A DNA stretch of 63,659 bases, filler included, from assembly GCA_964501035.1 (NCBI GenBank). It is 3 parts of 3 records of this genome, joined end to end, with 100 filler letters (N's around TTAATTAATTAA, not from the genome) between each part and the next. Parts side by side here need not be neighbours in the genome. Positions count along the whole stretch, not along the records: positions 1 to 22,532 come from CAZCRK010000019.1; 2 more parts are not named here. One strand, given 5' to 3'. The notes below the pieces were generated by a model, which ran no database searches, was not told the DNA's origin, and saw only the letters and a list, made by a program, of their open reading frames with translations. Below, piece after piece: positions 1-9,098 of this stretch. The position numbers and the translations under genes were made by a program. Position 1 is the first letter of the stretch; each line of letters begins with the position of its first letter.

Positions 1-244
1 GGGGGATGTTTCGGGTTAAAACCCAAGCCAACAACCCATTCATGCCTTGTTTTTTCATCATTTTAATGCATAGTTTTTGCATTTTTTCAGCAGTATCTGC
101 TTCATCTGCCATCATAAACTCACCATCTTTGTAACAGTATGAGCAATATAGTTTGGATTTTGCCCCATCTTTTTCGGAACCGCCAAGTTCAGGGTTTTTA
201 GCAATTGGTATTCTACAACTTTGGCAAAATTTATTAGGTTTCAT
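1..244 (-). CDS. Zinc-ribbon domain protein (Zn_ribbon_2-like), 3' end outside window; second gene cassette
   Basis: Not in the ORF track. Manual translation from ATG at 244: MKPNKFCQSCRIPIAKNPELGGSEKDGAKSKLYCSYCYKDGEF..., with CxxC...YCxxCY motifs. Starts 17 nt after the GTTAAAC core site. Confidence 0.8.
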   Translation of the reverse strand, partial: MKPNKFCQSCRIPIAKNPELGGSEKDGAKSKLYCSYCYKDGEFMMADEADTAEKMQKLCIKMMKKQGMNGLLAWVLTRNIP

Positions 245-261
245 GTTATTTTCTTTCTGAT

Positions 262-363
262 GTTTAACGTTCGCGGATATGAGAAGTTGCTGAAGCGAGG
301 TACGAGCGTAGGCAATTTGGGTGTAGTGAGCCTGCGAACGAAACCTCATATCCGCTGTTGTGC
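262..363 (-). mobile_element. attC-like integron cassette recombination site (102 bp)
   Basis: Minus strand reads GCACAAC (R'', 363-357) ... GTTAAAC (R', GTTRRRY, 268-262). Perfect 11-bp inverted repeat GCGGATATGAG (273-283) / CTCATATCCGC (345-355). Lies between two co-oriented genes. Confidence 0.75.
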
Positions 364-455
364 ATAGTACTTTGTGGGCGGTCTTTTTTTTCATGGGCAT
401 TTGTTTTTACTTTTTAATACTTTGCTCTTTTAACCGTAACCCACGATGGGTGAAG
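357..455. repeat. Left arm of segmented inverted repeat bounding the oxidoreductase cassette
   Basis: Boxes GTTGTGC (357-363), TACTTTGTGGGC (368-379), CATGGGCAT (392-400), AATACTTTGCT (416-426) and CCACGATGGGTGAAG (441-455) are reverse complements of boxes at 1461-1554. Confidence 0.85.
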
Positions 456-474
456 GTTACTATTAGTCCCTGTT

Positions 475-1427
475 TCAATCCCTTTTTATTTTTATAATTA
501 TTTTTCCATTAAACCCACCGTTCTCAAGTAATTGAAAAGCATCTCCAGCTTGTTCTAATGAATAAGTTTTATAAATTACGGGCTTCAATTTATTTTCAAT
601 CATAAGAGATTCCAATTCCTTAAAGTCATTAATCCTACCTCTAAAACTTGATAGATACATAGAAGAATGTGGATTAATTTTACTCATTATAGTGTGTATG
701 GCAGGTTTAATTCCTTCTTCTGTGGTACAATAAATACCAGATTTATTAAGGTTCTTTTTAATTTGGGTATAAGTAAGTTTCGCAGCTGCATCATATATTA
801 TATCATAATGCATATCCTTGCCAAATTTATCTTCTTGATTGTAATCTATTACTTTTTTAGCACCTAATTTCTCTGCAAGGGGTATATTTTTGAACTGCAA
901 ACGGCTGTTACTATTCCTCCTTTTGCAACTGCAATTTGTGTAGCTAAATGTCCAATTCCGCCGGTTGCGCCATTAATAAGTATTTCTTTATTATTTAAAT
1001 TCCCACATTTTTGCAATCCATTTATTCCAGTTAGGCTAGCTGAGACGACAGCACAAGCGTTGATCGGATCGATCCCTTCTGGTAATTGTCTAACATATTT
1101 AGGAGTAATCGCTGTATATTCTGCCAAGGTGCCTTGTTCTCTGAAAAATATATTTGCAAAGCCATATACCAACTGGCCATTTTTGAAGGCATTATTCTTA
1201 TCTTGAGAAGCAATTACTTTCCCAACAAAGTCTCCACCAAACACTTTAGGGAAATTCTTTCCAGTCATCCATTTTGCTATCCCATTTCTTAATTTATAAT
1301 CATAAGGATTTAATGACGCATATTCTATTTCGATTAGAATTTTGCCTTTAGAAATTGATGGTTTTTCAATTTCTTTTAAGGTCATCTTTTCAAGACTACC
1401 GTATTCCGTTGCAACCCAAGCTTTCAT
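475..1427 (-). pseudogene. MDR-family NAD(P)-dependent oxidoreductase (quinone reductase/alcohol dehydrogenase-like), frameshifted near 887-891
   Basis: ORFs 864..1427 (ASLNPYDYK, GGDFVG, LINGATGGIG) and 475..900 (LGAKKVIDY ... GKIII) are the two halves of one MDR protein. Adding one A to an A5 run restores AVCSSKNIPLAEKLGA. May be a sequencing error. Confidence 0.8.
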
Positions 1428-1460
1428 ATTTTTTGTTCTTCTTGTTTGATTCTATATTTA

Positions 1461-1554
1461 CTTAACACATCATGGATGGTGTGTTTTTAGCAAAGTATTT
1501 ATTCTTTTCTTATGCCCATGCATTCATCTTAGCCCACAAAGTATTTCGCACAAC
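1461..1554. repeat. Right arm of segmented inverted repeat bounding the oxidoreductase cassette
   Basis: CTTAACACATCATGG (1461-1475), AGCAAAGTATT (1489-1499), ATGCCCATG (1512-1520), GCCCACAAAGTA (1532-1543), GCACAAC (1548-1554). Confidence 0.85.
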
Positions 1555-1598
1555 ATCTTGATAAACACCATTGCGTTTATTGGGTTATATTTGGGTTA
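1548..1598 (-). mobile_element. attI-like (or degenerate attC) site at the head of the cassette array
   Basis: Minus strand ...TAACCCAA-ata-TAACCCAA-TAAAC-gcaatggt-GTTTATcaagat-GTTGTGC. The GTT core is the exact complement of the cassette's R'' GCACAAC. Has an ATAAAC/GTTTAT inverted pair and two 8-bp direct repeats. Confidence 0.5.
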
Positions 1599-1602
1599 AA
1601 AT

Positions 1603-1923
1603 TTATTCTTCATCTTCTTCAATGACAATTGTTTTGACAATTGCACGTATTTCTTGACCACTTTCAGTCTGAATTGTATCCAATGAAACATCCACATTTA
1701 CATGTTCATCATCACTAAATACAAATGCTTCAACATTGCCATCCAATGCATGTGTACCACATTTACTAGAGCCATGAAACCCACCATGATGTGATTTACA
1801 TTCTCGATGACATCCACCTCCATGAGAGCATGTTAGCATTTTAATTCCAAATGCGACTACTAACAATGTGAGTGCTGTATAAAATGCGCCCTTTGCGTAT
1901 GTTAAAAATTGTTCTGAGTTCAT
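1603..1923 (-). CDS. Hypothetical membrane-anchored His/Cys-rich protein
   Basis: N-terminal hydrophobic helix followed by CSHGGGCHRECKSHHGGFHGSSKCGTH. Confidence 0.65.
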   Translation of the reverse strand: MNSEQFLTYAKGAFYTALTLLVVAFGIKMLTCSHGGGCHRECKSHHGGFHGSSKCGTHALDGNVEAFVFSDDEHVNVDVSLDTIQTESGQEIRAIVKTIVIEEDEE

Positions 1924-2085
1924 GTTTTCCTTTCAGTTTAAGTTTTTTTACAATTTGAATTATTCAAAGTATTCACTTCATTAAATATAAAATGAAATCA
2001 ATATGTATTCAAACCATATAAGACTTTCAACAATCGTGCATCAAACTTCTTTTTTCACCTCATGGTTTGGTGCTAATTTTACTTT

Positions 2086-2346
2086 ATGGATGAGAGAATT
2101 ATAAAATTACGAGAAGAAATTGATGCGATTGATAGTAAAATTATACGTTTACTGAAAGATCGGATGGCAATTTCTAAAAATGTAGGTAAGCTAAAAGAAG
2201 CACTCCATATTCCTGTGGAAGATAAAACCCGTGAGGAAGAAATTATCCATCGACTGACCCAACATGCAGGCAGAAATTTATCCGAGGAACAATTGATTCG
2301 TATTTTTACTGCGGTCTTTAAATCTTCAAAGCAAATCCAAAAATAA
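2086..2346 (+). CDS. Monofunctional chorismate mutase (AroQ/CM_2 type)
   Basis: LREEIDAIDSKIIRLLKDRM...VGKLK...VEDKTREEEI motif; 86 aa. Confidence 0.9.
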   Translation: MDERIIKLREEIDAIDSKIIRLLKDRMAISKNVGKLKEALHIPVEDKTREEEIIHRLTQHAGRNLSEEQLIRIFTAVFKSSKQIQK

Positions 2347-3245
2347 TGTCAGGCCATCATCACCATCATTCTCACACACAACGACATCTTTTGTGGTGGG
2401 CATTTTGGATAAATTTTGTATTTCTCATTATTGAATTTATTGGTGGCATTATTACCAATAGTCTCGCATTATTATCGGATGCTGGGCATATGCTCACAGA
2501 CGTAGGCGCCCTCGGAATTGCCATAATTGTTTCCGTTTTGGCTGAAAAACCTCGCACCAAATTTCGTTCGTATGGGTATATGAAAGCAGAAATATTTGGA
2601 GCGTTTATAAATGGCGCCACACTTGTTATTATTTGTGGTTTCATTTTATATGAAGCATATAAACGCTTTGGCATTATGCAGGAGATAGATGGACCAACCA
2701 TGCTTTTTATTGCTATCGCAGGTCTTTTTGCCAATGCAGTCAGTGCTAAAATATTATCGGGTTCACATCAACATGATATCAATATTAAAGGCGCATATTT
2801 ACATTTAATTTTTGATGCATTGGGTTCGGTTGGCGCTATTATTTCTGCCATTGCAATATGGGGGTGGGGATGGTACCCTGCAGATATTATTGCAAGCATT
2901 GTGATTGTTGTTTTTATCTTGTATGGCACACGGAAATTATTGTTTCAAAGTGTCAATATTCTCATGGATGCTGTACCAGAAAACATAAATTTTCAAGAAG
3001 TGAAAGAGTCTATGCTTTCGTTAGATCATGTTTTAGATATACATGACTTACATATTTGGTCTATTTCACAAAATGAAATTGCACTTAGTGCACACATTAC
3101 TTTGGTACCAGAATGTACCGATAATAAACATTGGAGTGAATGCTTAACTCACACGCAAACATTGTTAAAAGAACAATTTAATATTACTCATTCAACCCTT
3201 CAAATGGAACCAAAAAATCATGTTGAGGATAGAAATTGTAAATAA
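2346..3245 (+). CDS. Cation diffusion facilitator (CzcD/ZitB-like Zn/Co/Cd transporter)
   Basis: His-rich N-terminus, SLALLSDAGHMLTD, AYLHLIFDALGS, IHDLHIW, HSTLQME. Confidence 0.92.
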   Translation: MSGHHHHHSHTQRHLLWWAFWINFVFLIIEFIGGIITNSLALLSDAGHMLTDVGALGIAIIVSVLAEKPRTKFRSYGYMKAEIFGAFINGATLVIICGFILYEAYKRFGIMQEIDGPTMLFIAIAGLFANAVSAKILSGSHQHDINIKGAYLHLIFDALGSVGAIISAIAIWGWGWYPADIIASIVIVVFILYGTRKLLFQSVNILMDAVPENINFQEVKESMLSLDHVLDIHDLHIWSISQNEIALSAHITLVPECTDNKHWSECLTHTQTLLKEQFNITHSTLQMEPKNHVEDRNCK

Positions 3246-3250
3246 AAAAC

Positions 3251-3280
3251 TTGTATTTTCAAAATATGCTGATGTAATAT
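3251..3280 (+). promoter_or_regulatory. Putative sigma70 promoter of the aromatic operon
   Basis: TTGTAT (3251-3256), 18-nt spacer, TAATAT (3275-3280), just upstream of the leader ATG at 3290. Confidence 0.5.
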
Positions 3281-3289
3281 TGGGGCGAG

Positions 3290-3364
3290 ATGGAAGGATT
3301 AAACTCAATAACGGTAAGCGGATTTTGGTGGTATTTTCAAAAGGGGTTGGAACAACAACCTTAG
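3290..3364 (+). CDS. trpL: Attenuator leader peptide MEGLNSITVSGFWWYFQKGLEQQP (24 aa)
   Basis: Short ORF directly upstream of trpE with consecutive TTT TGG TGG TAT TTT codons (3323-3337). Confidence 0.85.
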   Translation: MEGLNSITVSGFWWYFQKGLEQQP

Positions 3365-3420
3365 GAAATACGCACCCTAAACTGTTCTAACCCTGCAATA
3401 TAATTGTGGGGTTTTTTTTT
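3343..3420 (+). terminator. Attenuator: antiterminator and overlapping intrinsic terminator
   Basis: Terminator stem AACCCTGCAAT (3389-3399) / ATTGTGGGGTT (3403-3413) followed by a T-run to 3420. GGGGTTGGAAC (3343-3353) can alternatively pair with GTTCTAACCCT (3384-3394). Confidence 0.85.
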
Positions 3421-3430
3421 GATAAAAACG

Positions 3431-4900
3431 ATGAATATGACATTTGAACAATTTGAAAATTTAGCGAAAACGCATTCAACAATTCCCGTTTATACACGGG
3501 TTTTGGCAGATATGCTTACACCGGTTTCTACCTATATGCGATTTCAAAAAGACTCCAATTATGCATTTATTTTAGAGTCTGTTGAAAAAGGTGAACAATA
3601 TGCTCGCTATTCTTTTATTGGTCGAAATCCGGATGTCGTTCTTCGTTCGGATAAAGGTCAAACTATCATTGAAAAAAATAGCAGTACTTCAACAACTGAT
3701 ACAGATTATTTAACGCTCCTTCGAGAATACCAATCACGATTTAATGCACCTCAAATTACAGGGTTACCTACTTTTACGGGAGGACTTGTAGGATGCTTAG
3801 GGTATGAAAGTATTGTATGGGTGGAGGATATTCCAACGTATGAAGACAATATTTTAGACACCCCGGATGCTGTTTTTATGTTATATAATAATTTGATTGC
3901 CTTTGATCATTTGAAAAATGAGGCAATTTTATTTAGCAATGTGCATATATGTGAAACAACTGATTTAAAACAGGCATATCATGAAGCTATACGCCAAATT
4001 GATTTAATGGGTGAACTTCTTCATACTGATATTGATTATCAAACTCCAATTCGAGTTGAAAAGTCATCCTTGAAATCCAATTTTACGAAGGATAAATTTA
4101 TGTCATCCGTGCAAAAAGCACAGGAATATATAAAATCTGGAGATGTGTTTCAACTGGTATTAAGTCAACGGTTCCATCGCCATACCCCCGTGGATGCAAT
4201 TACGTTGTATCGAGCATTACGCACCATCAACCCATCGCCTTACATGTTTCATTTGAAACTCAATGGAATCGATGTGATTGGAGCTTCGCCTGAATTATTA
4301 GTTAAAGTGCAAAACCGTGAGGTTGAAATTCGCCCCATTGCAGGTACTCGACAGCGAGGGCAGAATGCAAAAGAAGATGCACAATTAGCTCAAGAATTAT
4401 TAAACGATACTAAGGAACGAGCGGAACATTTAATGCTTGTAGATTTGGGACGAAATGATGTGGGAAGGTGTACAGAATATGAATCTGTAAAGGTAAAAGA
4501 TTTCATGATAGTTGAAAATTATTCACACGTGATGCATATTGTGTCAGATGTTCGGGGAACGTTAATGAAAGATAAGGATAATTTTGATGCGTTATATTCT
4601 GGATTTCCAGCTGGCACATTAACAGGCGCACCCAAAATTAGAGCTATGGAAATTATACACGAACTAGAGCCAGATAGGCGTGGTATTTACTCAGGTGCAA
4701 TTGGATATTTTGATTTTGCAGGCAATATGAATACGTGCATAGCTATTAGAACACTTGTTTTAAAAGATAATATTGCATATTTTCAATCAGGGGCAGGTAT
4801 TGTATTTGATTCTAACCCCGAGTTAGAGTATGAAGAAACATTGAATAAAGCAAAAGCAATAAACTCAGCAATAGACTTAGCTGAAAATGGATTAATATGA
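3431..4900 (+). CDS. trpE: Anthranilate synthase component I
   Basis: LESVE, YSFIG, GDVFQLVLSQRF, NPSPYM, PIAGTR, EHLMLVDLGRND, GAPKIRAM. Start moved to the ATG downstream of the terminator. Confidence 0.96.
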   Translation: MNMTFEQFENLAKTHSTIPVYTRVLADMLTPVSTYMRFQKDSNYAFILESVEKGEQYARYSFIGRNPDVVLRSDKGQTIIEKNSSTSTTDTDYLTLLREYQSRFNAPQITGLPTFTGGLVGCLGYESIVWVEDIPTYEDNILDTPDAVFMLYNNLIAFDHLKNEAILFSNVHICETTDLKQAYHEAIRQIDLMGELLHTDIDYQTPIRVEKSSLKSNFTKDKFMSSVQKAQEYIKSGDVFQLVLSQRFHRHTPVDAITLYRALRTINPSPYMFHLKLNGIDVIGASPELLVKVQNREVEIRPIAGTRQRGQNAKEDAQLAQELLNDTKERAEHLMLVDLGRNDVGRCTEYESVKVKDFMIVENYSHVMHIVSDVRGTLMKDKDNFDALYSGFPAGTLTGAPKIRAMEIIHELEPDRRGIYSGAIGYFDFAGNMNTCIAIRTLVLKDNIAYFQSGAGIVFDSNPELEYEETLNKAKAINSAIDLAENGLI

Positions 4901-5484
4901 ATTTGATAATTGATAATTATGACTCATTTACGTATAATTTAGTACAATATATTGGTGCAATTGATCCCACGTTAGAAGTGCATAGAAACGACAAAATTAC
5001 AATTGAAGAAATTACTGCAATGTCGCCAGATAAAATCATCATTTCACCTGGGCCTGGGGTTCCAGAAAATGCCGGGATTTCTATTGATATCATTCAAACT
5101 TTTGGCAAGACTATACCGATATTTGGAATTTGTTTAGGACATCAAGCAATAACCGTTGCCTTCGGTGGAAATGTTGTACGGGCAAATGAAATTGTCCATG
5201 GAAAAACTTCAAAAGTATCGCATACCGATTCACATATTTTTCATGATATTCCACCGACATTTGAAGCTACACGGTATCACTCTTTAGTTGCCGAAGAGTC
5301 AACATTTCCTAATGAGTTACGGATTACTGCACGAACAAAAAACAATTTAATCATGGCTTTAGAGCATAAAAAGTATCCAATTTTTGGAGTACAGTTTCAT
5401 CCAGAATCAATTGTAACTGAATTTGGAATGAAAATGGTAGAAAATTTTATAAAAGGGACTCCACCTAGAAATGAATCAAGGTAA
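4897..5484 (+). CDS. trpG: Anthranilate synthase component II (glutamine amidotransferase)
   Basis: IDNYDSFTYNL, SPGPG, GICLGHQ, RYHSL, QFHPES. Confidence 0.95.
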   Translation: MNLIIDNYDSFTYNLVQYIGAIDPTLEVHRNDKITIEEITAMSPDKIIISPGPGVPENAGISIDIIQTFGKTIPIFGICLGHQAITVAFGGNVVRANEIVHGKTSKVSHTDSHIFHDIPPTFEATRYHSLVAEESTFPNELRITARTKNNLIMALEHKKYPIFGVQFHPESIVTEFGMKMVENFIKGTPPRNESR

Positions 5485-5487
5485 AAT

Positions 5488-6486
5488 ATGAAACAAATTA
5501 TTGAAAAATTATTGGGAAACCAAGCCTTATCACAAGATGAAGCTCGAGATGTTATGGAAAAAATTATGTCAGGTGAATTTGATGATGCCCAAATTTCTGG
5601 ATTTCTAATTGCTCTTAGAGCTAAAGGAGAAAATTCTTCAGAAATTGCTGGATTTGCTCAAGCAATGCGAGATAAAATGACGCCAATCCCGATTACATCT
5701 GAAGCAATTGATATGTGCGGCACTGGTGGTGATGCAAGTGGGACATTTAATATTTCAACTGCTGCATCGTTTGTTGTTGCTGGTGCAGGAGTCAAAGTCG
5801 CAAAACATGGTAATAGGTCCATGACCTCTAAATCTGGGTCAGCAGATGTACTATCTGCATTAGGTGTAGATATTACCATGAAGCCAGAAAAAGTTGCTCA
5901 TTGTATCGAAGAAATTGGACTGGGATTTATGTTTGCACCTTCTTTACATCCAGCAATGAAACATGCAATCGGTGCTCGAAAATCGCTTGCTGTACGAACG
6001 GTATTCAATATATTGGGTCCGCTTTGTAATCCTGCAGGAGTTAATCGGCAGGTAATTGGTGTATTTGATGGTTCCATTACAGATAGAATGGCGAAAGTCC
6101 TCAAATTATTGGGTTCAAAAGAGGCTTATGTTGTTCATGGCTATGATGGCTTAGATGAAATCAGCAATACTGCGTCGACGAAAATGAGTCATTTAGTGAA
6201 TGGCACGATTGAATCCACAGTCATTTCCCCTTCAGATGTTGGGTATAAAACTGCTTCGATGGATGAATTAGCAGGTGGAATGCCAGATGAAAATGCAAAA
6301 ATTATTGAATCTGTTTTACAAGGTGAAACGGGTGCACGAAGGGATATTGTTGTGTTAAATGCTGCTGCTGGAATAAAAGTTGGTCAAAAAGTATCAACAT
6401 TTAAGGATGGAATTTTATTGGCTGAAAAGTCTATTGATTCAGGAAAAGCAATGAAGGTGCTTCAAAATCTACAAAACATAAAATGA
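5488..6486 (+). CDS. trpD: Anthranilate phosphoribosyltransferase
   Basis: DMCGTGGD, FNISTA, KHGNRS, GSADVL, RTVFNILGPL. Confidence 0.96.
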   Translation: MKQIIEKLLGNQALSQDEARDVMEKIMSGEFDDAQISGFLIALRAKGENSSEIAGFAQAMRDKMTPIPITSEAIDMCGTGGDASGTFNISTAASFVVAGAGVKVAKHGNRSMTSKSGSADVLSALGVDITMKPEKVAHCIEEIGLGFMFAPSLHPAMKHAIGARKSLAVRTVFNILGPLCNPAGVNRQVIGVFDGSITDRMAKVLKLLGSKEAYVVHGYDGLDEISNTASTKMSHLVNGTIESTVISPSDVGYKTASMDELAGGMPDENAKIIESVLQGETGARRDIVVLNAAAGIKVGQKVSTFKDGILLAEKSIDSGKAMKVLQNLQNIK

Positions 6487-7265
6487 CCATTCTTGACGAA
6501 ATATTATTAACCAAAAATGACGAAGTGAAATTATCTCAGTCAATTATTCCTCTTAAAAAATTAAAGGAGTTACCAAGAGATTCTGAAATTCGAGATTTTG
6601 AACAAGCACTTTCCTGTGACATAATATCCGTAATTGCTGAGATAAAACGCAAATCACCTTCTGCAGGGGAAATTTGGATGAAATCAGACCCCATTGACAT
6701 TGCAAAAGCGTATGAAACTTCTGGCGCATCTGCGATATCTATTTTAACAGACAAAACCTATTTTGGTGGTTCGCTGGACTTTATGAAAGCTGTAAGGGAT
6801 TGTGTAAATCTTCCCATTTTGCGTAAAGATTTCATTGTTTCAGAGTACCAAATTTGGGAATCATATGTGCATGGCGCTGATGCCATATTACTCATAGCTG
6901 ATGCATTATCATCAGATCAATTAAAACAGTTTTATACAACGGCAACTCAATTAGGATTACATGTTCTTGTAGAGACTCATAATCCTGATTTGTTAGAACA
7001 AATTCACACTTTGCAACCTAAAATAGTAGGAGTTAATTGTAGAGATTTAAACACAATGAAAACAGATCTTAACTGGTTTGAAAATCTTTCCAACACATTA
7101 CCTTCAAGCTCAATTAAGGTAGCAGAAAGCGGAATTAACTCTGTTGAAGATTTGCAATTAGTAAGTTCATTAGGATTTAATGCAGCTCTAATAGGTACAT
7201 CTCTTATGAAAAATGGAACTCCCCAACATACGCTTTCCAATTTATTGAATGGAGTAGGTGTATGA
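6483..7265 (+). CDS. trpC: Indole-3-glycerol phosphate synthase
   Basis: IAEIKRKSPS, SILTD, LRKDF, VAESGI. Confidence 0.95.
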   Translation: MTILDEILLTKNDEVKLSQSIIPLKKLKELPRDSEIRDFEQALSCDIISVIAEIKRKSPSAGEIWMKSDPIDIAKAYETSGASAISILTDKTYFGGSLDFMKAVRDCVNLPILRKDFIVSEYQIWESYVHGADAILLIADALSSDQLKQFYTTATQLGLHVLVETHNPDLLEQIHTLQPKIVGVNCRDLNTMKTDLNWFENLSNTLPSSSIKVAESGINSVEDLQLVSSLGFNAALIGTSLMKNGTPQHTLSNLLNGVGV

Positions 7266-7915
7266 TGCCCACTAAAATTTGCGGAATTACGAGTTTAAAT
7301 GATGCATTGGTTGCGTGCAACAATGGGGTGTCTGCACTGGGGTTTATCTTTTATGAACCAAGCCTAAGAAATGTAGAAGTTAACTCAATTAGTCAATGGA
7401 TACACAAAATACCAAAGCATATAACAAAGGTTGCGGTCTTTGTCAATCAAGATGCAGATATTGTGAATAATATTGTGGATAAGCTATCTATGGATGTAGT
7501 TCAATTACATGGAAATGAATCGCCAGATTATTGTATGCAAATTACAAAGCCAGTTATGAAAGCATTTCGTATCAAAAATGAATTTAGTCTTAGTGATATA
7601 TCCAAATACAATGTCTTTGCGTACTTGTTTGATACATATGACAATGATGAAATGGGAGGAACAGGAAAATCATTTAATTGGGATTTAATATCCAATTTAC
7701 ATACTCAAATACCTGTAATTTTATCAGGAGGATTAAATAATTCTAATATTATTGATGGAATAAACACAGTACAACCATCAGCCGTAGATATAAATAGTGG
7801 GGTAGAGGTTAATCCAGGTCAAAAAGATTCTCACAAAATTAAAGAAGTTATGGATACATTAAAAAAAATCACTTCAACATCTAACATATTTAGTAAACAG
7901 CAGAATGAGTTATAA
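7262..7915 (+). CDS. trpF: Phosphoribosylanthranilate isomerase
   Basis: [34 protein letters not shown]. Confidence 0.95.
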   Translation: MMPTKICGITSLNDALVACNNGVSALGFIFYEPSLRNVEVNSISQWIHKIPKHITKVAVFVNQDADIVNNIVDKLSMDVVQLHGNESPDYCMQITKPVMKAFRIKNEFSLSDISKYNVFAYLFDTYDNDEMGGTGKSFNWDLISNLHTQIPVILSGGLNNSNIIDGINTVQPSAVDINSGVEVNPGQKDSHKIKEVMDTLKKITSTSNIFSKQQNEL

Positions 7916-9098
7916 ACAACCAGATTCAAGGGGCCACTTCAAAGAATTTGGAGGTAAATTTGTCCCAGAGACATTGATTCCAGCTATTTCAGAACTGGAA
8001 ACTTTATATTTACAGTACAAAGATGATTCAGAATTCAAAGGTCAGTTGGCATCCTTACTTAAGGACTTTTCAGGACGACCCACCCCATTATATTTTGCAA
8101 GCAGAATATCACAAGAACTTGGGTTTAATGTGTATTTAAAGAGAGAAGATTTAAATCACACTGGTGCTCATAAAATAAACAATGCACTGGGGCAGATTTT
8201 GTTAGCTAAAGCAATGGGCAAACAAAGAATAATTGCTGAAACTGGTGCGGGTCAGCACGGTGTGGCAACGGCAACTGTAGCAGCACAATTTGGTTTGCAA
8301 TGTATTGTGTATATGGGTGAAGAGGATATTGAACGACAAAAATTGAATGTATTCCGAATGGAGTTGTTAGGAGCAGAAGTCCGTCCTGTTTCTTCCGGCA
8401 GTAAAACGCTAAAAGATGCAACGAATGAGGCAATTAGAGATTGGGTTGCAAATGTTGAAAATACATATTATTTAATAGGTTCTGTGGTAGGACCCCATCC
8501 TTATCCAATGATGGTACGTGATTTTCAGGCAGTGATTGGTGAAGAAACAAAATATCAATTTAACCAATTGAATAGCTCAGGAACTCCTAATACGATTGTT
8601 GCTTGTGTGGGTGGTGGGTCAAATGCAATTGGTATGTTTTATCCATTTATAGAAAATAATGTAAGACTTGTCGGTGTAGAAGCAGCTGGTTTAGGTGTAG
8701 AAACAGATAAACATGCAGCAACCATTACAAAAGGCAGTTTTGGAGTACTTCATGGGTCAGGAAGTTATTTGTTACAAGATGAATATGGCCAAATTCAGTT
8801 GCCACATTCTATTTCAGCAGGTTTGGATTACCCTGGTATTGGGCCAGAACACAGTTATTTAAAATCTATTAAACGTGTTGAATATGTTTCGGCCACCGAT
8901 AAAGAGGCTGTTGAGTCATTTCAATGGTTATCTGAAAAAGAAGGAATCCTTCCTGCACTTGAATCATCTCATGCTTTGGCATTTTTGAAGCAAAAGGATA
9001 ATCAAATTGAAAAAGGGCAGAATGTTGTTATTTGTTTATCAGGTCGAGGCGATAAGGATGTGCATACAATTGCTAACTATTTAGGGAAGGAGATATGA
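7905..9098 (+). CDS. trpB: Tryptophan synthase beta chain
   Basis: [45 protein letters not shown]. Confidence 0.98.
   Translation: MSYKQPDSRGHFKEFGGKFVPETLIPAISELETLYLQYKDDSEFKGQLASLLKDFSGRPTPLYFASRISQELGFNVYLKREDLNHTGAHKINNALGQILLAKAMGKQRIIAETGAGQHGVATATVAAQFGLQCIVYMGEEDIERQKLNVFRMELLGAEVRPVSSGSKTLKDATNEAIRDWVANVENTYYLIGSVVGPHPYPMMVRDFQAVIGEETKYQFNQLNSSGTPNTIVACVGGGSNAIGMFYPFIENNVRLVGVEAAGLGVETDKHAATITKGSFGVLHGSGSYLLQDEYGQIQLPHSISAGLDYPGIGPEHSYLKSIKRVEYVSATDKEAVESFQWLSEKEGILPALESSHALAFLKQKDNQIEKGQNVVICLSGRGDKDVHTIANYLGKEI

Noticed and set aside
373..1538. TGTGGGCGG (373-381) and inverted GCCCACA (1532-1538) resemble Tn7 termini
   Set aside because: The flanks are inverted (TACTT / AAGTA) rather than a 5-bp direct target duplication, the symmetry continues outward to the GTT cores, and no tns genes are present.
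3250..3420. T-box riboswitch or TRAP site in the trp leader
   Set aside because: No T-box consensus or (G/U)AG repeat series; the leader-peptide model fits the sequence.
3404..3430. ORF-track N-terminal extension of TrpE (MWGFFLIKT)
   Set aside because: It runs through the attenuator terminator; the real start is ATG 3431 or 3437.
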